A stretch of 64,000 bases of DNA from a phage, in the sequence record PZ445442.1; one strand, written 5' to 3'. Every line of letters begins with the position of its first letter. The first letter of the stretch is position 1. The notes under the pieces are model-generated. The model had not been told where the DNA came from. It ran no database searches and was given only the letters and a program-made list of their open reading frames with translations. The translations under genes and the position numbers were made by a program. Positions 56,796 to 64,000 of this stretch are shown piece by piece.

Positions 56796-57146
56796 TCAGT
56801 AGATGTTTTGTTTAATCTCTATTCCAAACTTCTTGAATGAGTCAGCAGCAAGCATAAATTTACGAGCTGCCGATGGATTAGAAGTATGCACGAAAATAAT
56901 CACGTTGTCAATAAGTGGTGGCTTTCCGAATACAAGTTTCTCCTCTAGCGCAGAGAAGCAGTCGTACCCTTCAAGCACTTCACCTAGATCATTGTCAAAA
57001 TACCACTCAGATACGCGTCTGTAGAGCTTTCTCTTATCATTAAGAAAATCCATAAACTCAGAAGAATTCTTTAGCCACAGAGCGTCTGGGAGTCCATAAT
57101 CTGACGGATCTCTAAAATCATCAAGCCACACAATCCACTTCTTCAT
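56796..57146 (-). CDS. hypothetical protein
   Basis: 116-aa ORF between RNA ligase and Sir2, 4-nt overlap with ligase. Confidence 0.45.
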   Translation of the reverse strand: MKKWIVWLDDFRDPSDYGLPDALWLKNSSEFMDFLNDKRKLYRRVSEWYFDNDLGEVLEGYDCFSALEEKLVFGKPPLIDNVIIFVHTSNPSAARKFMLAADSFKKFGIEIKQNIY

Positions 57147-58078
57147 TGCATATAGTCCTCGTTGTGGAAATAGTAGTCCAGTATCTCACGACGCTCCTGC
57201 TCTAATAAGCAATTCCACACATCTTCTGTATAGTTGCTACGAATAAATTTTACCATACCGTAAAACTCTTCGTCAACACGTTTAAAGATATCATCATCCC
57301 AAATCTTCCAAGCTTTACCCCTCATTACTGCCTTCCGTGCCAGATAGTATGGAGACTTGATCTTCAGCTGCAGATCATAAGGGTAGTAAGGCTTACGAAT
57401 CATATACCCTTCACCTCTTGTTTCTGCAGCTAATTCTTTTGCATAGCTGAACGGAATTTCACGCACAGTGTTAGGACGTTTTGCACCAAGGTATTTGGCA
57501 ATCCCATCTAAAGCTGCTTCTGGTAGCATTATTCCAGAATCATTATATCTGCAACCTATCAAATATGCGCCATGATCTTCCTGAACAATATGCGGATCTG
57601 AAGGGTGGCAAATTTCAAACATGAATGTCATGTTTTCATTGCCCATAACCTTCTTGATAAGATCTAAATTACCACATTGCTCCCTGATGGTTTCTTTTGC
57701 GAGGTTACAATATGGGGAATCAAGAGACCCGGTTGTTGAGAACAATAGTTCACCTTTATGAGATGATACCACACCGAGGAATCCGTTCTTTTTCTCTACC
57801 GCAGTAACAAGTTTACTGTCCGGTAGGTTGGTGGAGTTTTCTCCTAAGTTGAATACTTTTGTGAAAGGCCATGCCACAACATTCCCCTCATTGCCAACAA
57901 CAATACCTCGGCACTCCAGTAAACGCGGAGACAAATGCCACAGATTGTTGTAGAATACTTTTCTGGCATATTTATAGATCTTTAATCCAAGATCTGGATA
58001 ATACCGACTGGTTACAAGACCTTTGTCAACCAGGTCGTCTGCATTAAAATACTTCATTATACGTTCCTCATTTGTCAT
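57143..58078 (-). CDS. polynucleotide (RNA) ligase, Rnl1/Trl1-like
   Basis: Nucleotidyltransferase motifs I EKKNGF (KxNG), IV GEGYMIRK, V LQLKIKSP. Confidence 0.6.
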   Translation of the reverse strand: MTNEERIMKYFNADDLVDKGLVTSRYYPDLGLKIYKYARKVFYNNLWHLSPRLLECRGIVVGNEGNVVAWPFTKVFNLGENSTNLPDSKLVTAVEKKNGFLGVVSSHKGELLFSTTGSLDSPYCNLAKETIREQCGNLDLIKKVMGNENMTFMFEICHPSDPHIVQEDHGAYLIGCRYNDSGIMLPEAALDGIAKYLGAKRPNTVREIPFSYAKELAAETRGEGYMIRKPYYPYDLQLKIKSPYYLARKAVMRGKAWKIWDDDIFKRVDEEFYGMVKFIRSNYTEDVWNCLLEQERREILDYYFHNEDYMQ

Positions 58079-58121
58079 TTTGTCAGTCTATCCTGCCACA
58101 CAAATAACCTAGTGTCAACAC

Positions 58122-58150
58122 TTGAAATTAACAAAACAGTTAGGTATACT
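58122..58150 (+). promoter_or_regulatory. sigma70-like promoter TTGAAA-N17-TATACT for kinase/phosphatase operon
   Basis: Hexamers and spacing read directly. Confidence 0.5.
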
Positions 58151-58178
58151 ACCGTTGAAATTAAAACGGAGGGTCACT

Positions 58179-58589
58179 ATGTTTAAAATGCTATATATCG
58201 TGCGTGGTCTACCAGGGTCTGGCAAATCAACACTGGCAAATGCGCTATCTTTAGAGGGTCTGTATCCACATTTTGAGAACGACATGTTCTGGTATGACGA
58301 TGACGGCAATTACAACTGGGATGCAAGTAAAGTAACACTCGCAGCAAAATGGTGCAAAGATAACGTAGAAGATATGATGCGTATGGGATACGACCGTATC
58401 GTGGTAAGTAATACGTTTACAAAAGAAAAACATGTGCAGGAATATGTTGACATGGCAATCAGTCATGGGTATAGTTATACCGTGATCGTGGTTGAAAACC
58501 GCCACGGTAATAAAAGCATTCATGATGTTCCAGACAAGGTTGTGGATCGTATGGAACGCCAGCTTAAAAACTGCATTAAACTTAAATGA
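58179..58589 (+). CDS. P-loop polynucleotide kinase-like protein
   Basis: Walker A GLPGSGKST; ATG 58179 with ACGGAGGG RBS; about 136 aa. Confidence 0.55.
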   Translation: MFKMLYIVRGLPGSGKSTLANALSLEGLYPHFENDMFWYDDDGNYNWDASKVTLAAKWCKDNVEDMMRMGYDRIVVSNTFTKEKHVQEYVDMAISHGYSYTVIVVENRHGNKSIHDVPDKVVDRMERQLKNCIKLK

Positions 58590-58596
58590 GGAATGT

Positions 58597-59151
58597 ATGA
58601 AATACTTTGTAACAAGCGACACACACTTTCTCCACCAGCAGGTCATGGAGTTTGATTCATGTCAAAAACACAGATCTCAGTATGATCACAATCTTGACAG
58701 TATGAATGCGGGAATCATCGCCGAGTGGAACTCTGTTGTGTCACCTGCAGACACTGTGTTCCACTTGGGAGATATTGCGTGCACTAATGATAAGAATATC
58801 AACAACTTACTTCCAGATATTCTAAATATGTTGAACGGACATATTATTCTTGTTCGTGGCAACCATGACACAAGGACGACTGTCAGAATTATGAAAGAGT
58901 TCGGTCATGAGGTTGTAGATTATTACGAGCTTCGCCACAACAAGAATTTGATCTGTATGAGCCATTACCAGTTTGCAAAGTGGAACAGAAAGCCTCACGG
59001 ATCAGTCCAACTGTTCGGTCATGCTCACGGAACCACACAACAGTTGTTTGGCAGGCAGCTTGATGTCGGTTGGGATGTGTGGGGGAGACTCTTACCATTA
59101 GAAGAGGCATACCGTATTGCAATGAGTTTTGATATTGACAGCAGGGAGTAA
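58597..59151 (+). CDS. calcineurin-like metallophosphoesterase
   Basis: Motifs DTHF, GDIA, GNHD, GHAHG; ATG 58597. Confidence 0.7.
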   Translation: MKYFVTSDTHFLHQQVMEFDSCQKHRSQYDHNLDSMNAGIIAEWNSVVSPADTVFHLGDIACTNDKNINNLLPDILNMLNGHIILVRGNHDTRTTVRIMKEFGHEVVDYYELRHNKNLICMSHYQFAKWNRKPHGSVQLFGHAHGTTQQLFGRQLDVGWDVWGRLLPLEEAYRIAMSFDIDSRE

Positions 59152-59198
59152 TCCCTGCTATTTTAAAGAAAATTGCCACACAAGGAGAATCAGGAGAT

Positions 59199-59549
59199 AT
59201 GAAAGATGGGGATAAGCTGCTATATCTTAAAGTCCCCCTTGAAATACTATCTATGTCAAAAGTTTTGAATGACACAACTGGGGAGGTTGTTGTTCTTGAC
59301 TTGTATGACAAGATCGTATACTGCTACCTGCACAACTGGTATAAGCTTGGAGGAAATTCACGCTTCACACCAAGCACAAGGAAAATTGCAGCAGATGTTG
59401 GGATAAAGAAAACAAAAGCAGCAGCGTGCGTTAAAACTTTAGAATGTGCAGGAGTGGTTGAAACATCCACACAAGGGAGAGGTAAAAGATGCACATTTTC
59501 CAAAGTTTTGCCACCAGAAGAAGTTATTCGGATGTCAACAACTGGTTAG
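59199..59549 (+). CDS. putative DNA-binding protein (winged-helix/HTH-like)
   Basis: 116-aa ORF, AAGGAGAATCAGGAG RBS; followed by iteron array. Confidence 0.4.
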   Translation: MKDGDKLLYLKVPLEILSMSKVLNDTTGEVVVLDLYDKIVYCYLHNWYKLGGNSRFTPSTRKIAADVGIKKTKAAACVKTLECAGVVETSTQGRGKRCTFSKVLPPEEVIRMSTTG

Positions 59550-59624
59550 ACCAGTAAAAACTTAAATATCTGTACTATAAGGATTCGTATGTTTTATGTT
59601 CGCCATGGAACGGATACTATTAAC

Positions 59625-59705
59625 TGTCCGTGATACGGACACTACTGTCCGTCACGCGGACACATCTGCCCGTAATACGGACACTAACTGTCCGTGATAC
59701 GGACA
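59625..59705. repeat. four direct copies (about 22-bp phasing) of palindromic site GTCCGTGATACGGACAC (GTCCGT-N3-ACGGAC), then AT-rich tract
   Basis: Copies at 59625, 59645, 59667, 59689. Confidence 0.8.
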
Positions 59706-60209
59706 CATAAAGAATATAACTAAAATAACTAAATAATAAAAAATAAAAGATCTAGTACTTATGGTACTAAGTACATATACTTAACTTATGTAGAATATAC
59801 TAGATCCCAAGTACCATGTTTTAAATTTATTACTTACTATGGGCAGTGTCGGCCCTTCATTGGCACTCGCCTACGAGGGGCGAGATGCCGGGCCTCCTTG
59901 GTGCACACAATAACAGAAGTGCATACATGCAGGTCTGTTAACATGTGTGGGAGCGAAGCTATAGCGCAGGCCAAAGGCCGAGCAATGATGTGGACCACCG
60001 ACGAAAGCTTGCCAGCGCCGTAAGGAGTCGGTTGAGAGTCTCCCGCGCGAGCTTGGATGAAGTTTATGTGTGGAAACTGACAAGAAGGCCCCTAAATCGC
60101 TCCACAGCTATATAAACTATACCAGGTAATGCAATCGCACCAGTTTGATAGAAAAGCTCGTTACAAAGCGATACAGTGAGTTTTTCTATAACTTGAAGAG
60201 GAGGCAGCT

Positions 60210-60788
60210 ATGGGTTCACGCAAAGATGACCGTGAAAAGATTGCAAAACGTTATCAGAATGAAGAACAGATGGAGAAAACTTTCAAGTGGAAGCCCGGTT
60301 TCCAGCGTAATCATTCTAACGCCCGTGATCGTAAGCATCCGGATAAGTGGCTAACACCGCCAAATGATGTCATGCAGGTTGGGGATGAGAAGGAGATGTC
60401 GCCTGGAAAAGATGGCAACTACATTCGCACTAAGGACGCTGGTCCAAAGGATGACAGCTATCTTGTAGATAAGGTTCTTGATGGTATCAATGTAGATGTT
60501 GACACTGCACGAAACCTTTTTCTTGGGTGGTATCGCACAGGTTTTTTCGACATCAAGGCTATTCGTCGTGTTTGTGATATTAAAAAGTCTGCATATGATG
60601 ACGACTCGTTACATCGCACCCTGAGACAATATTCAGAAAGATATGGTCATCCGGTTATCACTCTTGACGATGTTAACGAAGTGATGTATCATGCAGAGGT
60701 TGTTGCAGGAAGATTTGGTGATGCATATCTTGATATCCTTTCTGCAAAGGATGAGGTAATGTTAAATAAGATTTACTATGAACGCTGA
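60210..60788 (+). CDS. hypothetical protein
   Basis: 192-aa ORF with GAGGAGG RBS. Confidence 0.55.
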   Translation: MGSRKDDREKIAKRYQNEEQMEKTFKWKPGFQRNHSNARDRKHPDKWLTPPNDVMQVGDEKEMSPGKDGNYIRTKDAGPKDDSYLVDKVLDGINVDVDTARNLFLGWYRTGFFDIKAIRRVCDIKKSAYDDDSLHRTLRQYSERYGHPVITLDDVNEVMYHAEVVAGRFGDAYLDILSAKDEVMLNKIYYER

Positions 60789-60987
60789 GGAGCGCTTAAT
60801 GAACAACCCGGTAGCAAAGAACTGTAATAAGTTCAACAAGTCTGCAATTCACACTGACAGGAAAAAGAGCTGGTCTCCTGACATTGACGAGGAGCTTGAG
60901 AGTTACTTTGAAGACCTGGTCACTAATGCAGATGAGGTTGCGATTAAAGAATACGCAGACAGGAAGGATAAGGCCGGAATCTGTTGA
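60778..60987 (+). CDS. hypothetical protein
   Basis: 69-aa ORF overlapping upstream stop. Confidence 0.45.
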   Translation: MNAEERLMNNPVAKNCNKFNKSAIHTDRKKSWSPDIDEELESYFEDLVTNADEVAIKEYADRKDKAGIC

Positions 60988-61063
60988 CAAAAATAGTGTT
61001 ACCTGATAAGATCTGCAATATGATGTGATGCAATTTTAACTTACGAGGTCTACAGGTAATGCT

Positions 61064-61306
61064 ATGTTTAAGGTTAAGCTCGTTTTTCGTTCCATGAATG
61101 AGGATTATTTAGAAGATGAAGGTGAATTTCGTGCACTGGATGATGCAATAGATTTTGCCAACGACTTAGCTTGTATGAATACGGGTTATGGGCTATGCTG
61201 TTGGGATGGTGGTGTTCAGATCGGTGATAGCAAGATCTTCTACTTCTACCCTGAGCCTGATAACAAACAAATTAAGTATGTTTTATTTATTTGTGCTTTA
61301 CAATGA
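61064..61306 (+). CDS. hypothetical acidic protein
   Basis: 80-aa ORF. Confidence 0.45.
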   Translation: MFKVKLVFRSMNEDYLEDEGEFRALDDAIDFANDLACMNTGYGLCCWDGGVQIGDSKIFYFYPEPDNKQIKYVLFICALQ

Positions 61307-61593
61307 GGTTGTTTTCGTGTATCATGATGAATATCCAATTTAAAGATGAATTTGATGGCTTTATCTCCGGATGCTTTGAAACAGGGTTCGGAGAAGGCTG
61401 AGTTCCCCTTAGAGGGCTTGATAGTGCACCACACTTAAAATGGTAGGGGCAGCCAGCACATGACGATGTGACCCCAGCCAACCTGTAATAAGGTCGAGCC
61501 AAAGTGCGGTAATGGGCTCTGGTAACCCACTTGTTGGGTCTTGCTGGTCCAGGACGCTGGACAAGTCGCAGGGAATACCACCCTGCGGCGAAC

Positions 61594-61622
61594 TTGACAA
61601 TCAGTATTTGCTATGATAAAAT
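61594..61622 (+). promoter_or_regulatory. sigma70-like promoter TTGACA-N17-TAAAAT with downstream palindrome TATCACGTGATA
   Basis: Read directly; palindrome 61627-61638 could be an operator. Confidence 0.55.
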
Positions 61623-61650
61623 CCACCTATCACGTGATAATGGAGGAAAC

Positions 61651-61989
61651 ATGGCGGATACAACTAAAAAGCGTCGCCGTAGAGGCAGACCTCTGAAAGA
61701 GGAGTCCAACGCCATTCAGCTAGAGAAGAACATCCTTGATATGAAGGAATCTTTTATAGCGATGGTTCCAGAAGCTCACAAAGTTTTAAGAGAGCTGATG
61801 TTGGACCCGAAAACCAAACAAAATATTCGTCAAAGCATTGCAGAGTATGTTCTTGATAAGGCAGACCGAATGCAGGAAGAATATGATGAGATGTTTGGTG
61901 AAGAGGAAGAGGTGGTAGTAGAAGAGGCTGAAAAACCAGCACCTTTTATGCCATTTACCACAGAAATACAACCTGTTAGCAATAGCTAA
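61651..61989 (+). CDS. hypothetical basic/acidic protein with AT-hook-like KKRRRRGRP N-terminus
   Basis: ATG 61651 after GGAGGAA. Confidence 0.5.
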   Translation: MADTTKKRRRRGRPLKEESNAIQLEKNILDMKESFIAMVPEAHKVLRELMLDPKTKQNIRQSIAEYVLDKADRMQEEYDEMFGEEEEVVVEEAEKPAPFMPFTTEIQPVSNS

Positions 61990-61998
61990 AATATTTTC

Positions 61999-62027
61999 TT
62001 GACAAACTTTGCTTAACAGTGTAATAT
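61999..62027 (+). promoter_or_regulatory. sigma70-like promoter TTGACA-N17-TAATAT upstream of tRNA cluster
   Basis: Consensus hexamers about 60 nt upstream of first tRNA. Confidence 0.6.
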
Positions 62028-62086
62028 TGTAAACATGGTCTCCCACCTTTTCTGGCGGCTAAGGTGTAAAAGAAAGCCACCCAGTG

Positions 62087-62161
62087 CCCTGTTAGCTTAG
62101 TGGATAAAGCAGCGGCCTTCTAAGCCGTTGACACTGGTTCGAGTCCAGTACGGGGTGCCAA
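62087..62161 (+). tRNA. tRNA-Arg (anticodon UCU)
   Basis: Manual cloverleaf: acceptor GCCCTGT/ACGGGGT, D-arm GCTT/AAGC, anticodon loop CTTCTAA, T-arm ACTGG-TTCGAGT-CCAGT, CCA encoded. Confidence 0.8.
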
Positions 62162-62165
62162 ATTG

Positions 62166-62252
62166 GGGAGTTATCCCGTAGGGGTAGCGGTGTAGACTGT
62201 AAATCTATTGTCATTGCGACTCGGGTGGTTCGACTCCACCACTCCCCACCAA
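62166..62252 (+). tRNA. tRNA-Tyr (anticodon GUA), type II with long variable arm
   Basis: Acceptor GGGGAGT/ACTCCCC, anticodon stem GTAGA/TCTAT, loop CTGTAAA, variable arm hairpin, T-arm GGTGG-TTCGACT-CCACC, CCA encoded. Confidence 0.75.
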
Positions 62253-62366
62253 ATTTATATTTTTAAATGCATAAATCATACAGATAATGACATTGATATT
62301 TATCGTCGTTTATACTAGTCACTAACTGCTCGAAAATCAGTGTCATTATCAGTGTAATTTATAAAG

Positions 62367-62457
62367 GAGGGTAGGGAGCAATGGTGCTCAAGCGGTCTTG
62401 AAAACCGTCCCGTTGAGGATGACTCGATGATGGTTCGATTCCATTACTCTCCGCCAC
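62367..62457 (+). tRNA. tRNA-Ser (anticodon UGA), type II
   Basis: Acceptor GGAGGGT/ACTCTCC, anticodon stem GCGGT/ACCGT, loop CTTGAAA, long variable arm, T-arm GATGG-TTCGATT-CCATT, CCA encoded. Confidence 0.7.
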
Positions 62458-62554
62458 ATTGTTGACCTTGTAATTAAGCGAAAGCCGGAAGCAGAACCGG
62501 ATTATCAAATGTTACAGTCGTCATCGCCGACTAGCCACATGGTCAACATATTGC

Positions 62555-62653
62555 GCTAGGTAAGCCCTTTGGCAAGGGCGAGGATTTTTAATCCTGAAAA
62601 TAGACGAGGTAGTCGTTGAATACATAGGTGGTTCGATTCCATCACCTAGCACC
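62555..62653 (+). tRNA. atypical tRNA-like element (possible tRNA-Lys UUU with about 30-nt insertion in variable region; may be non-functional)
   Basis: Acceptor GCTAGGT/ACCTAGC 7/7, D-arm GCCC-TTTGGCAA-GGGC, T-arm GGTGG-TTCGATT-CCATC, but the anticodon arm is irregular and the element is about 97 nt. Confidence 0.4.
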
Positions 62654-62657
62654 TTTT

Positions 62658-62733
62658 GCTGATGTAGCACAATTGGCAGTGCAATTGATTTGTAATCAAT
62701 AGGTTGCAGGTTCAAGTCCTGCCATCAGCACCA
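62658..62733 (+). tRNA. tRNA-Thr (anticodon UGU)
   Basis: Acceptor GCTGATG/CATCAGC, D-arm GCAC/GTGC, anticodon stem ATTGA/TCAAT, loop TTTGTAA, T-arm GCAGG-TTCAAGT-CCTGC, CCA. Confidence 0.8.
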
Positions 62734-62734
62734 T

Positions 62735-62809
62735 GGCCCTGTAGCTGGAAGGTTCAAGCAAGCGACTCATAATCGCCAGACGGTGGTTCAATTCCACCCA
62801 GGGCCACCA
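62735..62809 (+). tRNA. tRNA-Met or tRNA-Ile2 (anticodon CAU)
   Basis: Acceptor GGCCCTG/CAGGGCC, anticodon loop CTCATAA, T-arm GGTGG-TTCAATT-CCACC, CCA. Confidence 0.75.
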
Positions 62810-62820
62810 AATAATAAATA

Positions 62821-62897
62821 CTCCGCGTAGCTCAGCTTGGTAGAGCGCCTGATTTGGGATCAGGAGGTCGAGTGTTCGAATCACTCCGTGGAGACCA
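62821..62897 (+). tRNA. tRNA-Pro (anticodon UGG)
   Basis: Acceptor CTCCGCG/CGTGGAG (C1-G72), D-arm GCTC/GAGC, anticodon stem CCTGA/TCAGG, loop TTTGGGA, T-arm GAGTG-TTCGAAT-CACTC, CCA. Confidence 0.8.
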
Positions 62898-62943
62898 CCT
62901 TTAGTTATACTTTAAATATATATACACAAAAGGAACCTTTAAA

Positions 62944-63213
62944 ATGTATACACTTAAAATTGTAGAACGTGTAAATCCAACCCATACTGTAGATTTTCGT
63001 GACGATTTCAACCCTCTTGCTGTAAATCTTCGAGAGTCGTATCATGAACTAAGCTGCGATGCAGTTGTGGTCTTCTTTGAAGACAACTCTGAAGGGGCAG
63101 TAGCTTGTGTTGTTGATAGCGAGCAGAAGTTTTATATTTACAGAGATGTGGATGCTTACTTGATGAATGAGAATGCGGTTACTGTCAGAATCATCCACCG
63201 AGTGCCTCGATAA
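62944..63213 (+). CDS. hypothetical protein
   Basis: 89-aa ORF with AAGGAA RBS. Confidence 0.5.
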   Translation: MYTLKIVERVNPTHTVDFRDDFNPLAVNLRESYHELSCDAVVVFFEDNSEGAVACVVDSEQKFYIYRDVDAYLMNENAVTVRIIHRVPR

Positions 63214-63269
63214 GTATTAGTCTCCTTTTAGTTAGTTTCGATCTATTTAGGTTACTCAATTTTAACCCG

Positions 63270-63303
63270 CCCCGTTAGCTGTATAGCTGCGGGGTTTTTT
63301 CGT
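63270..63303 (+). terminator. intrinsic terminator (CCCCG...CGGGG hairpin + TTTTTTCGTTT)
   Basis: GC-rich nested hairpin followed by T-run after gene 62944-63213. Confidence 0.75.
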
Positions 63304-63318
63304 TTCTGGAGCCTTAAA

Positions 63319-63717
63319 ATGATTTCAGTTTTAACATTGATGAGTAAATACAGAGGGATCATAAAAGGTTTAGTTTTTGCAGCGGCTATAGGTATGGCTT
63401 ATCTTGGGGCCGTGTATTGGTTTAACTCTAAGCTCAATGATGCTTATCAGGAAGGTGTGTCAGCAACAGAGTTAAAGTGGGAACGGATCCTTGATCAGCA
63501 ACAAAAGCAGGCTGACAAAATTAAAATGGGCCACGCAGAGGAGGTTAAAAACCTTGAAAAATCTCTTTCTGACCTACAGGATAAATTAAATATGGCTGAG
63601 AAGGCAGGTAAAGAAAAGCAGATTATCTACCTCCAATCACCTGAAGGTAAGAAGTCAACACTCCCTGATCAGCTTATAGATATTTATAATGAGAGTATCA
63701 ATCAGGAGGGTCGATGA
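63319..63717 (+). CDS. putative i-spanin (Rz-like)
   Basis: N-terminal TM helix then coiled-coil periplasmic domain; directly followed by overlapping lipoprotein gene. Confidence 0.55.
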   Translation: MISVLTLMSKYRGIIKGLVFAAAIGMAYLGAVYWFNSKLNDAYQEGVSATELKWERILDQQQKQADKIKMGHAEEVKNLEKSLSDLQDKLNMAEKAGKEKQIIYLQSPEGKKSTLPDQLIDIYNESINQEGR

Positions 63718-64000
63718 GAGTTGCTACACTGTTTATTGTGTGCTTGTTATTATGTGGGTGTGCAACAAGCGTTGAGAGAGAATACAAGATTGACCCTCCG
63801 GATGTAGGAAGGTTGATTGTTAAACCCCCGGAAGGTGCCATGAAACCACCTGCTAAAGCTATGCCTTTGAAGAAAGGTGCGCCAGATGCAGTGAATTCTG
63901 GCATTATGAGGGATAATAATCTGTCTTGTAGCAATGATAGAGCTAAATTGATCATTTTGCAAGACTATATTAGAACACTGTTTCCAAAGGAGAGAGGTTA
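63714..64000 (+). CDS. putative o-spanin (Rz1-like lipoprotein), 3' end beyond window
   Basis: MRVATLFIVCLLLCGCATS lipobox, Pro-rich mature region; ATGA overlap with i-spanin stop; AGGAGGG RBS. Confidence 0.55.
   Translation, partial: MRVATLFIVCLLLCGCATSVEREYKIDPPDVGRLIVKPPEGAMKPPAKAMPLKKGAPDAVNSGIMRDNNLSCSNDRAKLIILQDYIRTLFPKERG

Noticed and set aside
58112-58120. - strand TTGACA as promoter of the RNA ligase operon
   Set aside because: No acceptable -10 hexamer at 16-18 nt spacing; the promoter for the leftward operon could not be placed confidently
59871-60083. 70-aa - strand ORF in the GC-rich segment
   Set aside because: No RBS, opposite to the local + strand transcription, odd composition; more likely non-coding structured DNA/RNA
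1-64000. Integrase, transposase, IS element, prophage att sites, rRNA
   Set aside because: No recombinase motifs, terminal inverted repeats or rRNA-like sequence were recognised; the region looks like a lytic phage genome interior

Overview
This window reads as a gene-dense, non-structural segment of a large virulent tailed dsDNA bacteriophage, probably of a Gram-negative host (sigma70-like promoters, lipoprotein spanin). All calls are from reading the sequence and the supplied ORF track by eye; no database search or RNA folding was run, so product names are motif-level inferences. The track translates GTG/TTG starts as M, and several starts were moved to an internal ATG with a Shine-Dalgarno site. 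Layout: (1) 1-17.9 kb, + strand: about 45 small early-type genes, most with their own TTGACA-N16-18-TATAAT-like promoter and a conserved GC hairpin in the 5' leader, interrupted by a 1.2 kb repeat-rich non-coding island (6.06-7.26 kb). (2) 17.9-20.3 kb: a repeat-rich non-coding zone where the two transcription blocks converge. (3) 20.3-58.1 kb, - strand: interleaved families of small paralogous proteins, a ribosome hibernation factor homolog, and a nucleotide-metabolism/replication-repair module (PhoH, NrdG, NrdD split by a group I intron carrying an HNH homing endonuclease, glutaredoxin, NrdB, NrdA, ThyX-like, nucleotidase, dNMP kinase, two DNA methyltransferases, DEDD exonuclease, endonuclease VII, RuvC-like resolvase, FEN-like nuclease, HNH nuclease, lambda R-like endolysin, DNA ligase, MazG-like, Sir2-like, RNA ligase). 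(4) 58.1-64 kb, + strand: a P-loop polynucleotide-kinase-like gene and a metallophosphoesterase divergent from the RNA ligase, an HTH protein followed by four palindromic iterons and an AT-rich tract, six canonical tRNAs plus one atypical tRNA-like element, and an i-spanin/o-spanin pair. No capsid or tail genes, integrase, transposase, rRNA or CRISPR array were seen. The most interesting candidate system is the split RNA-repair module (ligase + kinase + phosphatase, next to Sir2 and the tRNA cluster); other highlights are the nrdD intron, the phage HPF homolog, the small-protein paralog expansions and a duplicated 29-aa membrane-peptide gene.
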